A DNA stretch of 64,000 nucleotides from Lachnospiraceae bacterium (GCA_030523275.1 JAUNIX010000003.1:67452-131451); one strand, 5' to 3'; positions 1-9,275 are shown, numbered from the stretch's first letter. Numbers and translations are program-made. Notes: generated from the letters alone by a model not told the origin.

Positions 1-189
1 TATAAAAAAGTTCGTTTTCGAACACTTGGCTGTTATCCGCTGACAGGAGGCGTAGAGTCAGAAGCGGATACGTTGGATGCAATTATCGAAGAAACATTAA
101 GTGCGGTATCTTCTGAACGTACCAGCAGAGTGATTGACCATGAAGCAGCAGGCAGCATGGAGAGAAGAAAAAGGGAGGGTTATTTCTAA
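1..189 (+). CDS. cysD: sulfate adenylyltransferase subunit 2 (CysD), C-terminal fragment; 5' end lies outside the window
   Basis: Frame 1 reads [31 protein letters not shown]...[18 protein letters not shown], the conserved CysD C-terminus. Stop at 187-189, directly before the cysN ATG. Confidence 0.8.
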   Translation, partial: YKKVRFRTLGCYPLTGGVESEADTLDAIIEETLSAVSSERTSRVIDHEAAGSMERRKREGYF

Positions 190-190
190 A

Positions 191-1822
191 ATGAAAGGAC
201 TATTAAAATTTATTACATGTGGAAGTGTAGATGATGGAAAATCAACCTTGATCGGACACATTCTTTATGATGCCAAACTTCTTTATGCGGATCAGAAAAA
301 AGCGTTGGAATTAGATTCAAAAGTTGGAAGCAGAGAGGGAAAAATTGACTATTCTCTTTTATTAGATGGCTTGATGGCAGAGCGTGAACAGGGAATTACC
401 ATCGACGTTGCCTATCGTTATTTTACAACAGATCATAGAAGTTTTATTGTAGCAGATACACCGGGACATGAGGAGTATACAAGAAATATGGCAGTGGGTG
501 CTTCTTTTGCTGATTTGGCTGTTATTTTAGTCGATGCCAAACAGGGAGTGTTAGTACAGACAAGGCGTCATGCCAGAATTTGCGCTCTGATGGGAATCCG
601 TTACTTTGTATTTGCTGTCAATAAAATGGATTTGATTCAGTATGATGAGGCAAAATTCAGAGCCATAGAAGCTCAAATTCAAGAGTTATCAGAAGAATTA
701 GGCTTAGAATATGTGACGATTATACCGGTATCAGCGACCGAGGGTGATAATGTCACGATAAAATCTCAAAATATTAGCTGGTATCAGGGAGAAACCCTCC
801 TTTCGTACTTAGAACAGGTGGATGTCGCTGAGACAGAGGATGAAAAAGGCTTTACAATGCCAGTTCAAAGAGTTTGTCGTCCAAATCACGAATTCCGTGG
901 TTTCCAGGGACAGATTGAGTCAGGCAGTATCCATGTTGGCGATGCTCTGACAGCACTTCCAAGTAAAGAACAGGCTCATGTAAAATCCATTCATGTTGGA
1001 AATCGTCAGGTAGATGAGGCAATCAAAGGTCAGCCAGTAACGATTCAGTTAGACCGAGAAGTGGATGTCTCTAGAGGATGCGTTCTTTCGATTCAATCAG
1101 ATGTTTCTACTGCCTCTTCGATTACCGCATCTATTTTGTGGATGGATGACGCGACATTAGAAAATGGTAAGAATTTCTTTGTCAAATTAGGAACCAAAAT
1201 GATCCCGGGGGTAGTCACGAAAATTTTATATTCGATTGATGTAAACACTGGGGAACACAAAGAAACTTCTGAGTTAAATAAAAATGAAATTGCAGTATGT
1301 GAACTGAAATTTGCCGAGAAAATTGTTGTGGATGAGTTTGAAAAACATAAAACATTAGGGGAATTGATCTTAATTGACCGTGTCACGAACATGACATCTG
1401 CATGCGGTGTGGTCAATCAGATTCATTCAGACAAAGAATACGGCAACAAAGTGGACAAAGAATTACGTTCTGTATTAAAAGGTCAGACTCCGATTACTGT
1501 GGAATTTTCCTTAAAAGATGGAATCACGGTAAGTGATGTAGAGCAAGTGGAAAAACAGTTAAATGCCATTGGAAGACATACGTATTTATATCAACCAAAA
1601 GCGGATGAGGATTATAAAGAGACGGTATATCACTTAAATCAAGCGGGAATTATTGTTTTGTTAATCCTTGATGAAAATGTTCCTATAAAAGATGAATTGG
1701 AAAAAGAAGTATGGTATTACTATGACTGGAAAGAAAGCAACGAGATTGCTGACATCGTACAATATATAAAAGAAAAATCATCCTTCGCTACATATATCTC
1801 TTATGATCGAGATTATATTTAA
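191..1822 (+). CDS. cysN: sulfate adenylyltransferase subunit 1 (CysN-type GTPase) with a ~130-aa non-canonical C-terminal extension
   Basis: ORF 134-1822. GTPase motifs GSVDDGKST, DTPGHEEY and NKMD are present. The ATG at 191 (MKGLLKFITCGS) follows the cysD stop, whereas the 134 start would overlap cysD. Confidence 0.85.
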   Translation: MKGLLKFITCGSVDDGKSTLIGHILYDAKLLYADQKKALELDSKVGSREGKIDYSLLLDGLMAEREQGITIDVAYRYFTTDHRSFIVADTPGHEEYTRNMAVGASFADLAVILVDAKQGVLVQTRRHARICALMGIRYFVFAVNKMDLIQYDEAKFRAIEAQIQELSEELGLEYVTIIPVSATEGDNVTIKSQNISWYQGETLLSYLEQVDVAETEDEKGFTMPVQRVCRPNHEFRGFQGQIESGSIHVGDALTALPSKEQAHVKSIHVGNRQVDEAIKGQPVTIQLDREVDVSRGCVLSIQSDVSTASSITASILWMDDATLENGKNFFVKLGTKMIPGVVTKILYSIDVNTGEHKETSELNKNEIAVCELKFAEKIVVDEFEKHKTLGELILIDRVTNMTSACGVVNQIHSDKEYGNKVDKELRSVLKGQTPITVEFSLKDGITVSDVEQVEKQLNAIGRHTYLYQPKADEDYKETVYHLNQAGIIVLLILDENVPIKDELEKEVWYYYDWKESNEIADIVQYIKEKSSFATYISYDRDYI

Positions 1823-1825
1823 AAG

Positions 1826-1873
1826 AAAAAAATCCTTGTATTGTATCGTTTTTTACAATACAGGGATTTTTTT
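1826..1873 (+). terminator. intrinsic terminator after cysN
   Basis: ATCCTTGTATTGT (1832-1844) pairs with ACAATACAGGGAT (1855-1867) with one mismatch, followed by a T-run. Confidence 0.7.
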
Positions 1874-1996
1874 ATGTGATAGGATATGAAACAAGTTAAT
1901 CAAAAGAAAGACAAAGGTGTCCAATTTTTATATATGGGCACCTTTTTTCGTTACATAAGGTTTACTTATTAATCTTAAAAAAGAGAGGATGGTTGT

Positions 1997-2323
1997 ATGC
2001 AGAATCGAATTGATGAACATCCAATTTTGGGAAAAACAGAAAAAGGAAAGAAAGTTACTTTTTTGTATGATGGCAAAGAGGTAGAGGGATTTGAAGGAGA
2101 ACCAATCGCAGCAGCCTTAAAGGCAGCCGGTGTGATGGTTCATAGATATACGAAAAAGAAGCATGAACCAAGAGGAATTTTTTGTGCCATCGGAAGATGT
2201 ACGGATTGTGTTATGATCGTTGATGGGACTCCAAATGTGAGAACTTGTGTAACGCCTCTAAAAGAAGGAATGGTCGTGCAGACACAATATGGTGTTTTGG
2301 CAGAACCATTTGAAAAACAGTAA
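1997..2323 (+). CDS. (2Fe-2S)-binding small subunit (HcnA / sarcosine-oxidase-alpha N-terminal-like)
   Basis: 108 aa with Cys pattern FCAIGRCTDCVMIVDG...RTC. RBS AGAGAGGA lies upstream. First gene of an operon with the next three. Confidence 0.7.
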   Translation: MQNRIDEHPILGKTEKGKKVTFLYDGKEVEGFEGEPIAAALKAAGVMVHRYTKKKHEPRGIFCAIGRCTDCVMIVDGTPNVRTCVTPLKEGMVVQTQYGVLAEPFEKQ

Positions 2324-2335
2324 GGAGGAATTCAA

Positions 2336-3913
2336 ATGAAAAGATATGATCTGATTATTGTTGGGGCAGGACCATCTGGCTTGTCTGCTGCGATAGAAGC
2401 AGCCAAAAGAGGACTAAAAGTCATTGTATTTGATGAAAATGAGAAACCCGGAGGTCAGTTATTTAAACAGATTCATAAGTTTTTTGGTTCCAAAGAACAT
2501 AAAGCAAAAGTTCGTGGATTTGTGATCGGAGAACAGCTCTTAAAGGAAGCGGATGAATCTGGTGTAGATGTTGTTTTAAATGCTACCGTGATTGGTCTTT
2601 ATATGGATAAAGAAGTTGTCGTTAAGATGGGAGATAGAGTTCACCATTATAAAGGGGATGCAATTATTGTTGCCACGGGTGCAGCGGAGAATATGGTAAC
2701 GTTTGATGGATGGACCCTTCCAGGAGTGATTGGAGCGGGAGCGGCTCAGACAATGATGAATCTTCATGGTATCAAGCCAGGGAATAAAGTTTTAATGTTA
2801 GGTTCTGGAAATGTAGGTCTGGTTGTCGGATTTCAGCTTCTTCAAGCGGGATGTGAAGTGGTTGCGTTAGTAGATGCCGCACCAAGAGTCGGTGGATATG
2901 GCGTTCATGCAGCAAAAGTTGCAAGAACCGGAGTGCCGTTCTATCTTTCTCATACCATCGTAAAAGCAGAAGGGGAAACTCATGTGACCGGTGTAACGAT
3001 TGCAAAAGTGGATGAACATTTTCAGTTTATAGAAGGCAGTGAAAAGCATTTTGAGGTTGATACCATTTGTCTGGCAGTTGGACTTTCTCCGATGTCTCAA
3101 TTATTAAAAATGGCAGGCTGTGAAATGGAAGACAATCCAAAGCGCGGAGGACAGGTTCCAATTTGTAATGAATATGGAGAAACATCGGTAAAAGGAATCT
3201 TTGTTGCCGGTGACGTATCAGGAATTGAAGAAGCAAGTTCCGCTATGATTGAAGGAAGAATTGCGGGAATTGCAGCAGCTTATCATCTTGGTTATATAGA
3301 AAAAGAGGAACTTGAGAAAATGATCGCCATTCATACCAATGCATTAGATGGATTAAGACAGGGCATGTTTGCGCCAAAGAATCGAGGAAAACTGTTAGAA
3401 AAGACAGAAGAAGAGATTGCCATATCAATGAATCTGTTGCAAAAGGGTTTTATTGCAGATGATGAAATTGAGCGTTATCCCGGAGTTACACATCGAATCG
3501 GTGTCCATCCGGTTATGGAATGTACACAAAATATTCCTTGTAATCCATGCCAGGATGCATGTCCAAAGCATTGTATCAAAATTGGTGAAAAAATCACATC
3601 ACTTCCGGCAGTAGATGAAACAGCAGATTGTATCGGTTGTGGTTTCTGTGTCGCTTCCTGTTCAGGACAGGCAATTTTCTTAATCGATGAACAATATGAA
3701 CCTGGATATGCATCTGTGACGATACCATATGAATTTCTACCTCTGCCAATAAAAGGAGAACAAGGTTATGGATTGAGCAGAAGTGGCGAGAAAATCTGCG
3801 AAGCTGAAGTATTAGATGTCAAGACTTCAAAAGCCTATGATCACACCAATTTATTGACGATAAAAGTACCGGAAAATATGGCGATGAAGGCTAGATTTTA
3901 TCAGGCAAAGTAG
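2336..3913 (+). CDS. FAD/NAD(P)-binding oxidoreductase (HcnB/OoxA-like) fused to a C-terminal 2x[4Fe-4S] ferredoxin domain
   Basis: Two Rossmann motifs (DLIIVGAGPSGLSAA and KVLMLGSGNVGLVV). C-terminal CNPCQDACPKHC and CIGCGFCVASC. Confidence 0.75.
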   Translation: MKRYDLIIVGAGPSGLSAAIEAAKRGLKVIVFDENEKPGGQLFKQIHKFFGSKEHKAKVRGFVIGEQLLKEADESGVDVVLNATVIGLYMDKEVVVKMGDRVHHYKGDAIIVATGAAENMVTFDGWTLPGVIGAGAAQTMMNLHGIKPGNKVLMLGSGNVGLVVGFQLLQAGCEVVALVDAAPRVGGYGVHAAKVARTGVPFYLSHTIVKAEGETHVTGVTIAKVDEHFQFIEGSEKHFEVDTICLAVGLSPMSQLLKMAGCEMEDNPKRGGQVPICNEYGETSVKGIFVAGDVSGIEEASSAMIEGRIAGIAAAYHLGYIEKEELEKMIAIHTNALDGLRQGMFAPKNRGKLLEKTEEEIAISMNLLQKGFIADDEIERYPGVTHRIGVHPVMECTQNIPCNPCQDACPKHCIKIGEKITSLPAVDETADCIGCGFCVASCSGQAIFLIDEQYEPGYASVTIPYEFLPLPIKGEQGYGLSRSGEKICEAEVLDVKTSKAYDHTNLLTIKVPENMAMKARFYQAK

Positions 3914-3930
3914 CGAATAGGAGGTCAGAT

Positions 3931-4260
3931 ATGAAGAAAATAAATAATCGATCAATCGATATAGGACCATTTGTTGCAGAACCGGATGACGGTATGTTGA
4001 TCTGCAGATGTGAGGAAGTTACCAAAGGAGAAATCAGGCAGGCAGTCCATGATGGAATGTATACATTGACAGAAATTCGCAGATATTTAAGAACTGGTAT
4101 GGGATTATGTCAGGGACAGACCTGTGCAAAACTGGTAAAACGTATTGTAGCAAAAGAATTACAGGTATCACCAGATGAACTGGAACCGGCTACATCCAGA
4201 TCTCCGATGCGTCCAATTGAAATGGAGGTCTTTGCAAAGGAGGCGAACGCAAATGAGTAA
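3931..4260 (+). CDS. BFD-like (2Fe-2S)-binding protein
   Basis: 109 aa with CRCEEVTKGEI...GMGLCQGQTC, the typical BFD-like [2Fe-2S] domain. Confidence 0.7.
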   Translation: MKKINNRSIDIGPFVAEPDDGMLICRCEEVTKGEIRQAVHDGMYTLTEIRRYLRTGMGLCQGQTCAKLVKRIVAKELQVSPDELEPATSRSPMRPIEMEVFAKEANANE

Positions 4261-5380
4261 TTGTGCAGAAGTAATCATTATCGGAGGTGGCATTATCGGT
4301 TGTGCGACTGCCTATCAGCTTGCAAAAAAAGGTGTTTCGGTCATTGTATTAGAGGCAGATGACAGCATTGGCAATGGAGGATCCAGCAGAAACGGCGGTG
4401 GAGTTCGTCAGTCAGGGCGAGACCCACGGGAACTTCCTTTAGCAATGTATGCAGTACAACATATGTGGCCAACACTTTCTGAAGAACTTGGAATTGATGT
4501 GGAATATCACAAAGAGGGAAATTTAAGATTAGGTAAGACCCAAAAACATTTAGAAATTTTACAGGGTCTGACAGATAGAGCAGTAGCTTGTGGTTTGGAT
4601 GTACATATGATTGATGGAAAAGAAGTAAGAGAAATCAATCCATATCTTTCTGATGAAGTCATTGGAGCCAGCTGGTGCCCAACCGATGGGCATGCAAATC
4701 CCTTGCTTGCAACGTTAGGATTTTATAAACGGGCTAGAGATTTAGGGGTAATATTTTATACAGGGGAAACTGTTGTTGAAATTCAAAAAGTAAAGGGAAA
4801 AGCAAGAAAAGTAGTTACCTTATCAAATATTTACGAGGGAGAGCAAATTATTCTTGCTGCTGGTTATGAGAGTAGACAGATTGCGGGAACCGTTGGTATT
4901 GATATTCCAATGCGCAAAGAATTAATTGAAGCATTAGTGACTGAGTCAGAGCCAAAAATGTTTCCACAGATGCTTGGAACGGCGGATGCAGATTTTTATG
5001 GACATCAGACAGACCATGGATCTTTTGTTTTTGGTGGGGCATCTGGTTTTGAAGCGATGAACAAAGACAATGGCTTATATGCCACATCTAGTATTACCGC
5101 ACCATGCATTTGTCGAGGAATTATGAAATATATTCCGAAACTGGCGGAGGCAAAAATTGTTCGTACATGGGCAGGATATGAAGATGTCTGTGCGGATGGA
5201 ATACCAGTTATCAGTCGTGTAGAGGAAGTTCCAGGACTAATATTAGCATGTGCTTTTACCGGACATGGATTTGGTATTGCCCCTGTGGTTGGTTTGTTAT
5301 TATCACAGATGGCGATGGGAGAAAAAACAACTCTCGATATGAAAGAATTTCGTTATGACCGTTTTCATGCGGTTATTTAG
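4253..5380 (+). CDS. FAD-dependent oxidoreductase, DAO family (HcnC/OoxB/SoxB-beta-like catalytic subunit)
   Basis: ORF 4175-5380. Internal ATG at 4253 is preceded by AAGGAGG and gives MSNCAEVIIIGGGIIGCATAYQLAKKG (dinucleotide fold). It overlaps the upstream stop by 8 nt. Confidence 0.75.
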   Translation: MSNCAEVIIIGGGIIGCATAYQLAKKGVSVIVLEADDSIGNGGSSRNGGGVRQSGRDPRELPLAMYAVQHMWPTLSEELGIDVEYHKEGNLRLGKTQKHLEILQGLTDRAVACGLDVHMIDGKEVREINPYLSDEVIGASWCPTDGHANPLLATLGFYKRARDLGVIFYTGETVVEIQKVKGKARKVVTLSNIYEGEQIILAAGYESRQIAGTVGIDIPMRKELIEALVTESEPKMFPQMLGTADADFYGHQTDHGSFVFGGASGFEAMNKDNGLYATSSITAPCICRGIMKYIPKLAEAKIVRTWAGYEDVCADGIPVISRVEEVPGLILACAFTGHGFGIAPVVGLLLSQMAMGEKTTLDMKEFRYDRFHAVI

Positions 5381-5450
5381 AAATAAATATTTTAGTTGTT
5401 ATTTATAGCGATTTTTAAAAAGTTATGATATATTGTATCTATGGCAAAGG

Positions 5451-5483
5451 TGCCAATAGTTCTCGCTATTGGCATCTTTTTTT
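5451..5483 (+). terminator. intrinsic terminator between the oxidoreductase genes and the OCD-family gene
   Basis: TGCCAATAG (5451-5459) pairs with CTATTGGCA (5466-5474), followed by TCTTTTTTT. Confidence 0.6.
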
Positions 5484-5514
5484 GATACATATATCGGGCA
5501 GTCAGGAGGAAAAT

Positions 5515-6645
5515 ATGAGTGCGAAAGTAGATTTTTTGTATTTGAGTGAGCCGGATATGATCAAAGCCGGGGTCACAAATATGGATCAGTGTGTGGAGGT
5601 AATGGAAGATTTGCTTCTTACTTTGAACAGGGGTGATTATATCATGGGAGGAAATAATAATAACTCTCATGGAACCCAGATTAGTTTCCCAGATCATCCG
5701 AAATTCCCGGGGATGCCGGCAAATGCGGATGATCGTAGATTCATGGCAATGCCAGCATATCTTGGAGGAAATTATCAGATGGCAGGCATGAAATGGTATG
5801 GTTCTAATGTAGAAAATAAGAAAAAAGGACTTCCAAGATCCATTTTGATGATGATGTTAAATGATAAAGATAGCGGAGAGCCATTGGCACTTATGTCTGC
5901 CAATTTAGTCAGTGCCTATCGTACTGGAGCAATTCCAGGGGTTGGGGCAAAATATTTGGCAAGAAAAGATGCAAAAGTAGTGTCGATCATTGGACCGGGA
6001 GTTATGGGAAAAACTTCTTTGCAGGCATTTTTAAGTGTATGTCCAAAGTTAGATACACTGAAAGTAAAAGGCCGAGGAAAAAAATCTATGGATTCGTTCC
6101 TTGCGTTTGTTAAGGAGGAATGTTCTCAAATTAAAAACGTTATCGTCTGTGACACTACAGAAGAAGCAATTAGAGAGAGTGATATTATTGGTATTAACAC
6201 GACAGCACCGATTAAAGAAGCCGATTTTCTTTATATCGATGATCAGTGGTTGAAAAAAGGTGCTTTGGTATGTATGCCTTCGGCAGCTCGTTTTGAAGAA
6301 GATTTCTTAGTAAATGGGTGTAAGAAGGTAGTAGATAACTATAAATTATATGAAGCGTGGGCTGAGGAATTCCCTTATCCAAGTTATGAACTGGTACAGA
6401 TTATTGGTTCTAAGTTTACTGATTTGATGCATGAAGGAAAAATTGCAAGAGAGGAAATTATCGATATTGCCGATATTATGACGGGCAAGCATGTGGGACG
6501 AGAAAATGATGACGAAATCATCGTTTATTCTGTTGGTGGAATGCCAGTCGAAGATATTGCATGGGGCAGTATCGTTTATAAAAATGCATTAGAAAAAGGG
6601 ATCGGTATCACGCTGCCGTTATGGGATGTTCCAAAGATGGCATAA
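5515..6645 (+). CDS. ornithine cyclodeaminase / mu-crystallin family protein
   Basis: ORF 5425-6645. ATG at 5515 follows AGGAGGA. Family-typical AYRTGAIPGVGAKYLA and IIGPGVMGK (NAD-binding) are present. Confidence 0.7.
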   Translation: MSAKVDFLYLSEPDMIKAGVTNMDQCVEVMEDLLLTLNRGDYIMGGNNNNSHGTQISFPDHPKFPGMPANADDRRFMAMPAYLGGNYQMAGMKWYGSNVENKKKGLPRSILMMMLNDKDSGEPLALMSANLVSAYRTGAIPGVGAKYLARKDAKVVSIIGPGVMGKTSLQAFLSVCPKLDTLKVKGRGKKSMDSFLAFVKEECSQIKNVIVCDTTEEAIRESDIIGINTTAPIKEADFLYIDDQWLKKGALVCMPSAARFEEDFLVNGCKKVVDNYKLYEAWAEEFPYPSYELVQIIGSKFTDLMHEGKIAREEIIDIADIMTGKHVGRENDDEIIVYSVGGMPVEDIAWGSIVYKNALEKGIGITLPLWDVPKMA

Positions 6646-6662
6646 CTGAAAGGAAAGATTCT

Positions 6663-7478
6663 GTGAGAAGAGAAAAAAAGACTGATATTGAATTATTACA
6701 ACCATATATGGTTTTAAAAACCAGTGATTACCAGAAGATTACACAAAATCAATATGGCATTTCACACTTTTATGAATTTGTAATAAAGGAAGAACATAGA
6801 AACCAATTGTTGGCAGTACCAGATGGAAGTGTGGATGTGTTATTTGGAATCGAAGAAAACACCGTACATACGTATATCGGGGGAACTGTCTTGAAAGCAC
6901 AGGATTGGCCGCTTTACAAGGGGGTAAAGTATTTTGGCATCCGCTTTCAGCCGGGAGAATGTATTTTGCCAAAAGATATTTCTATTAATGACATTATTAG
7001 TGAAGATATAGAAATTGATGGAAATAGTTTTGGCAAAGACTTGGCACAACAAATTGGTGAAATGGAGAATATCGAAGAAAGATGTAAGATTTTTTTACAA
7101 GCTTATAGGAAGAATCTACAAAAAGAGAATGAAAAAAGTCAGATTCTTTTTCTGGAAGATTATATCAGACATCGAATCTATGAATGTAAGGGCAATATTA
7201 GTGTTCATATGTTAAGTGAGGAAACAGGATATTCGGAATGTTATATTCGTAGAATTTTTAAGCAAATTCATGGAATCTCACCGAAAGTATTTGAAAAATT
7301 TGTGCGTTTTCAAAATGCATTAAATGTAATGTATCACCAATCAGAGCACATTACTTTAGATGAAATAGCAGTGGATTGTGGCTATTACGATCAGTCACAT
7401 ATGATAAAAGATTTTAAATGTTTTGCCGGAATGACGCCAGAAATTTATCTGACGGAAATTGCTGGAACAAAACAATAA
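6663..7478 (+). CDS. AraC family transcriptional regulator
   Basis: C-terminal double HTH (YSECYIRRIFKQIHGISPKVF...GYYDQSHMIKDFKCFAGMTP). The GTG at 6663 after AAAGGAAAG avoids overlap with the upstream gene; the start is uncertain. Confidence 0.7.
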   Translation: MRREKKTDIELLQPYMVLKTSDYQKITQNQYGISHFYEFVIKEEHRNQLLAVPDGSVDVLFGIEENTVHTYIGGTVLKAQDWPLYKGVKYFGIRFQPGECILPKDISINDIISEDIEIDGNSFGKDLAQQIGEMENIEERCKIFLQAYRKNLQKENEKSQILFLEDYIRHRIYECKGNISVHMLSEETGYSECYIRRIFKQIHGISPKVFEKFVRFQNALNVMYHQSEHITLDEIAVDCGYYDQSHMIKDFKCFAGMTPEIYLTEIAGTKQ

Positions 7479-7509
7479 AATAAATGCAAAAAGATGAGGA
7501 GGAATGAAA

Positions 7510-7854
7510 ATGAGTTTATCAAAAATTGAAATTATAACAGGAATGTCAAAGTTACCAAATCTAAAAGGAGCTTTAAGTAAAGCAGGTGTCAGAGGAATGA
7601 CTGTTATGCAGGTATTAGGCTGCGGTGTTGAAAAAGGCACACGTGAGTATGAAGTGGATGAAGAAATCGAGATGGAGCTTCTTCCAAAACAGCAGATCAA
7701 TATTGTTGTGGAAACAGATCGTATCGATGAAATTGTAGAACTTGTAAAACAGGAATTATATACCGGACATATCGGTGATGGAAAAATTTTTATTTATGGC
7801 ATTGATAATGTTATTCGTGTCAGAACTGGTGATGAAGGTGTAGATGCACTTTAG
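7510..7854 (+). CDS. P-II family signal-transduction protein (GlnB-like fold, divergent T-loop)
   Basis: KIEIIT...GVRGMTVMQVLGCG...INIVVE...GHIGDGKIFIY...IRVRTGDEG matches the P-II fold. The ATG at 7510 lies 7 nt after GAGGAGG. Confidence 0.75.
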   Translation: MSLSKIEIITGMSKLPNLKGALSKAGVRGMTVMQVLGCGVEKGTREYEVDEEIEMELLPKQQINIVVETDRIDEIVELVKQELYTGHIGDGKIFIYGIDNVIRVRTGDEGVDAL

Positions 7855-7871
7855 AGAAAGGAAGTTGTTAG

Positions 7872-9275
7872 ATGGAGGAAAAGAAATTAGGGCTTAGAAG
7901 TGTGATTTCTGTCTCTGTAGGACTTGTTATTGCTACCAGTTGTCTGGTATCACTCGGACAGGGGGCTGGAACTATTGGGATTGTATTTATTTTTGCAATG
8001 ATCATTGCATGTCTGTTAAATATGACCACGATTGCTTCCTTATCAGAGTTAAATGCTTTAATGCCCAATACAACAGGAGGTTTAGCTCAGTATACATTGG
8101 CCAGTTTAGGTCCATTTCCAACATTAATTTCTATGGTTGGAGGATACCTTTTGTGTAACATATTGTCATCCGGTGTGGAAGCTTCCATTTTTGCCTATGC
8201 TATGAAAGAGACGATTCCACTTCCGGTTCCTAGTCTCTTTTATACAACGGTGATGACAGTCATCCTTTTGATCGCCAATTTAAAAGGGGTAGATATGTTT
8301 GCGAAGATTCAGGATGCAGTTGCTTATCTGATGGTTGCCTCTATGGTCATTATGGGGATCATTGGAGCAATCGGAGCAGGAACTGGACCGAAAATAGAAC
8401 AACCGTATTATATGACAACGAATTTTTCGGTCATTGCATCTATGACGGCAGTTGCATTTTGGCTGTTTATTGGTGCTGAATATGTTATTCCAATTTCGAA
8501 AGATGTTAAGAATGCGAGAAGAAATGTACCATTAGGAATGTTTTTAGGATTAGCCCTTATCTGTGTCGTTCAATCGATTTTGGTATTTGGTTTTCATAAT
8601 TATACAGCCTGGGATGATCTTGCAAATTCTCCGGCACCACATTTGCTCTATGGAGTAAACTTACTTGGATATCCGGGGAAACTCTGGATGGCACTGGTAG
8701 CTGCATTGGCAGTTATCAGTTCACAAAACTCAGGAATTAACGGACTCTCAAGTATTTGTCAGGGAATGGCAAAAATGAATATGATGCCACAATGTTTTGC
8801 CAAAACAAATAAAAATGGAGTGCCATACGTGGGTGTGTGGTTTGTAAGCATCTTAATCATGTTCTTTGCAATTATCAGTGACAGTTCCTCGGATGCAATC
8901 AGCTTTTTGATTTTAGTCGGTTCTGTGTTCTGGATGGTTTCTTACATTTTTGCCCATATTGATGTTTTAGTGTTGAGAAGAAGATTGCCAAAAGCACCAA
9001 GAAGCTTTAAAGTTCCGTTTGGTCCGGTTATTCCTTTGATTGGTATTATTGGAACGGTTTATATGATTATAAATATATCGACTGATCCGGTGGAACGACA
9101 TGCAATCTGGTTATTGACCGGAGGTGTTTTCCTGCTTCTTGCAATTTATTCTTTTTTCTGGATTAAATTTAAAATGAAGATGCCGGTATTTAGAAGCGTT
9201 CCGGTTGAAAAAGTAATGGCAATGGAACATAGTATGTACTATACAATTCGAAAACGTCGTGGTCTGTGTCGTTAA
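7872..9275 (+). CDS. APC superfamily amino acid permease
   Basis: 467 aa with about 12 hydrophobic segments, starting 17 nt after the P-II stop. Confidence 0.7.
   Translation: MEEKKLGLRSVISVSVGLVIATSCLVSLGQGAGTIGIVFIFAMIIACLLNMTTIASLSELNALMPNTTGGLAQYTLASLGPFPTLISMVGGYLLCNILSSGVEASIFAYAMKETIPLPVPSLFYTTVMTVILLIANLKGVDMFAKIQDAVAYLMVASMVIMGIIGAIGAGTGPKIEQPYYMTTNFSVIASMTAVAFWLFIGAEYVIPISKDVKNARRNVPLGMFLGLALICVVQSILVFGFHNYTAWDDLANSPAPHLLYGVNLLGYPGKLWMALVAALAVISSQNSGINGLSSICQGMAKMNMMPQCFAKTNKNGVPYVGVWFVSILIMFFAIISDSSSDAISFLILVGSVFWMVSYIFAHIDVLVLRRRLPKAPRSFKVPFGPVIPLIGIIGTVYMIINISTDPVERHAIWLLTGGVFLLLAIYSFFWIKFKMKMPVFRSVPVEKVMAMEHSMYYTIRKRRGLCR

Noticed and set aside
134-190. Long N-terminal extensions offered by the ORF track (134 for cysN, 4175, 5425, 10347, 33013, 37977, 24748, 53009, 59037, 59959).
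   Set aside because: In each case an internal ATG or GTG with a good Shine-Dalgarno sequence gives the family-typical N-terminus. The extension would overlap the upstream gene or run through a terminator or repeat.
1093-5087. Many 60-107-aa ORFs antisense to cysN and the oxidoreductase genes (1093-1416, 2576-2767, 2772-3005, 2867-3100, 3027-3236, 3243-3428, 4848-5087).
   Set aside because: They lie entirely inside well-supported sense-strand genes with clear motifs. They have low-complexity or odd composition and no RBS, so they are typical shadow ORFs. The same applies to the other antisense ORFs in the track (for example 10358-10654, 12525-12716, 24696-25046, 44023-44370, 61109-61794).
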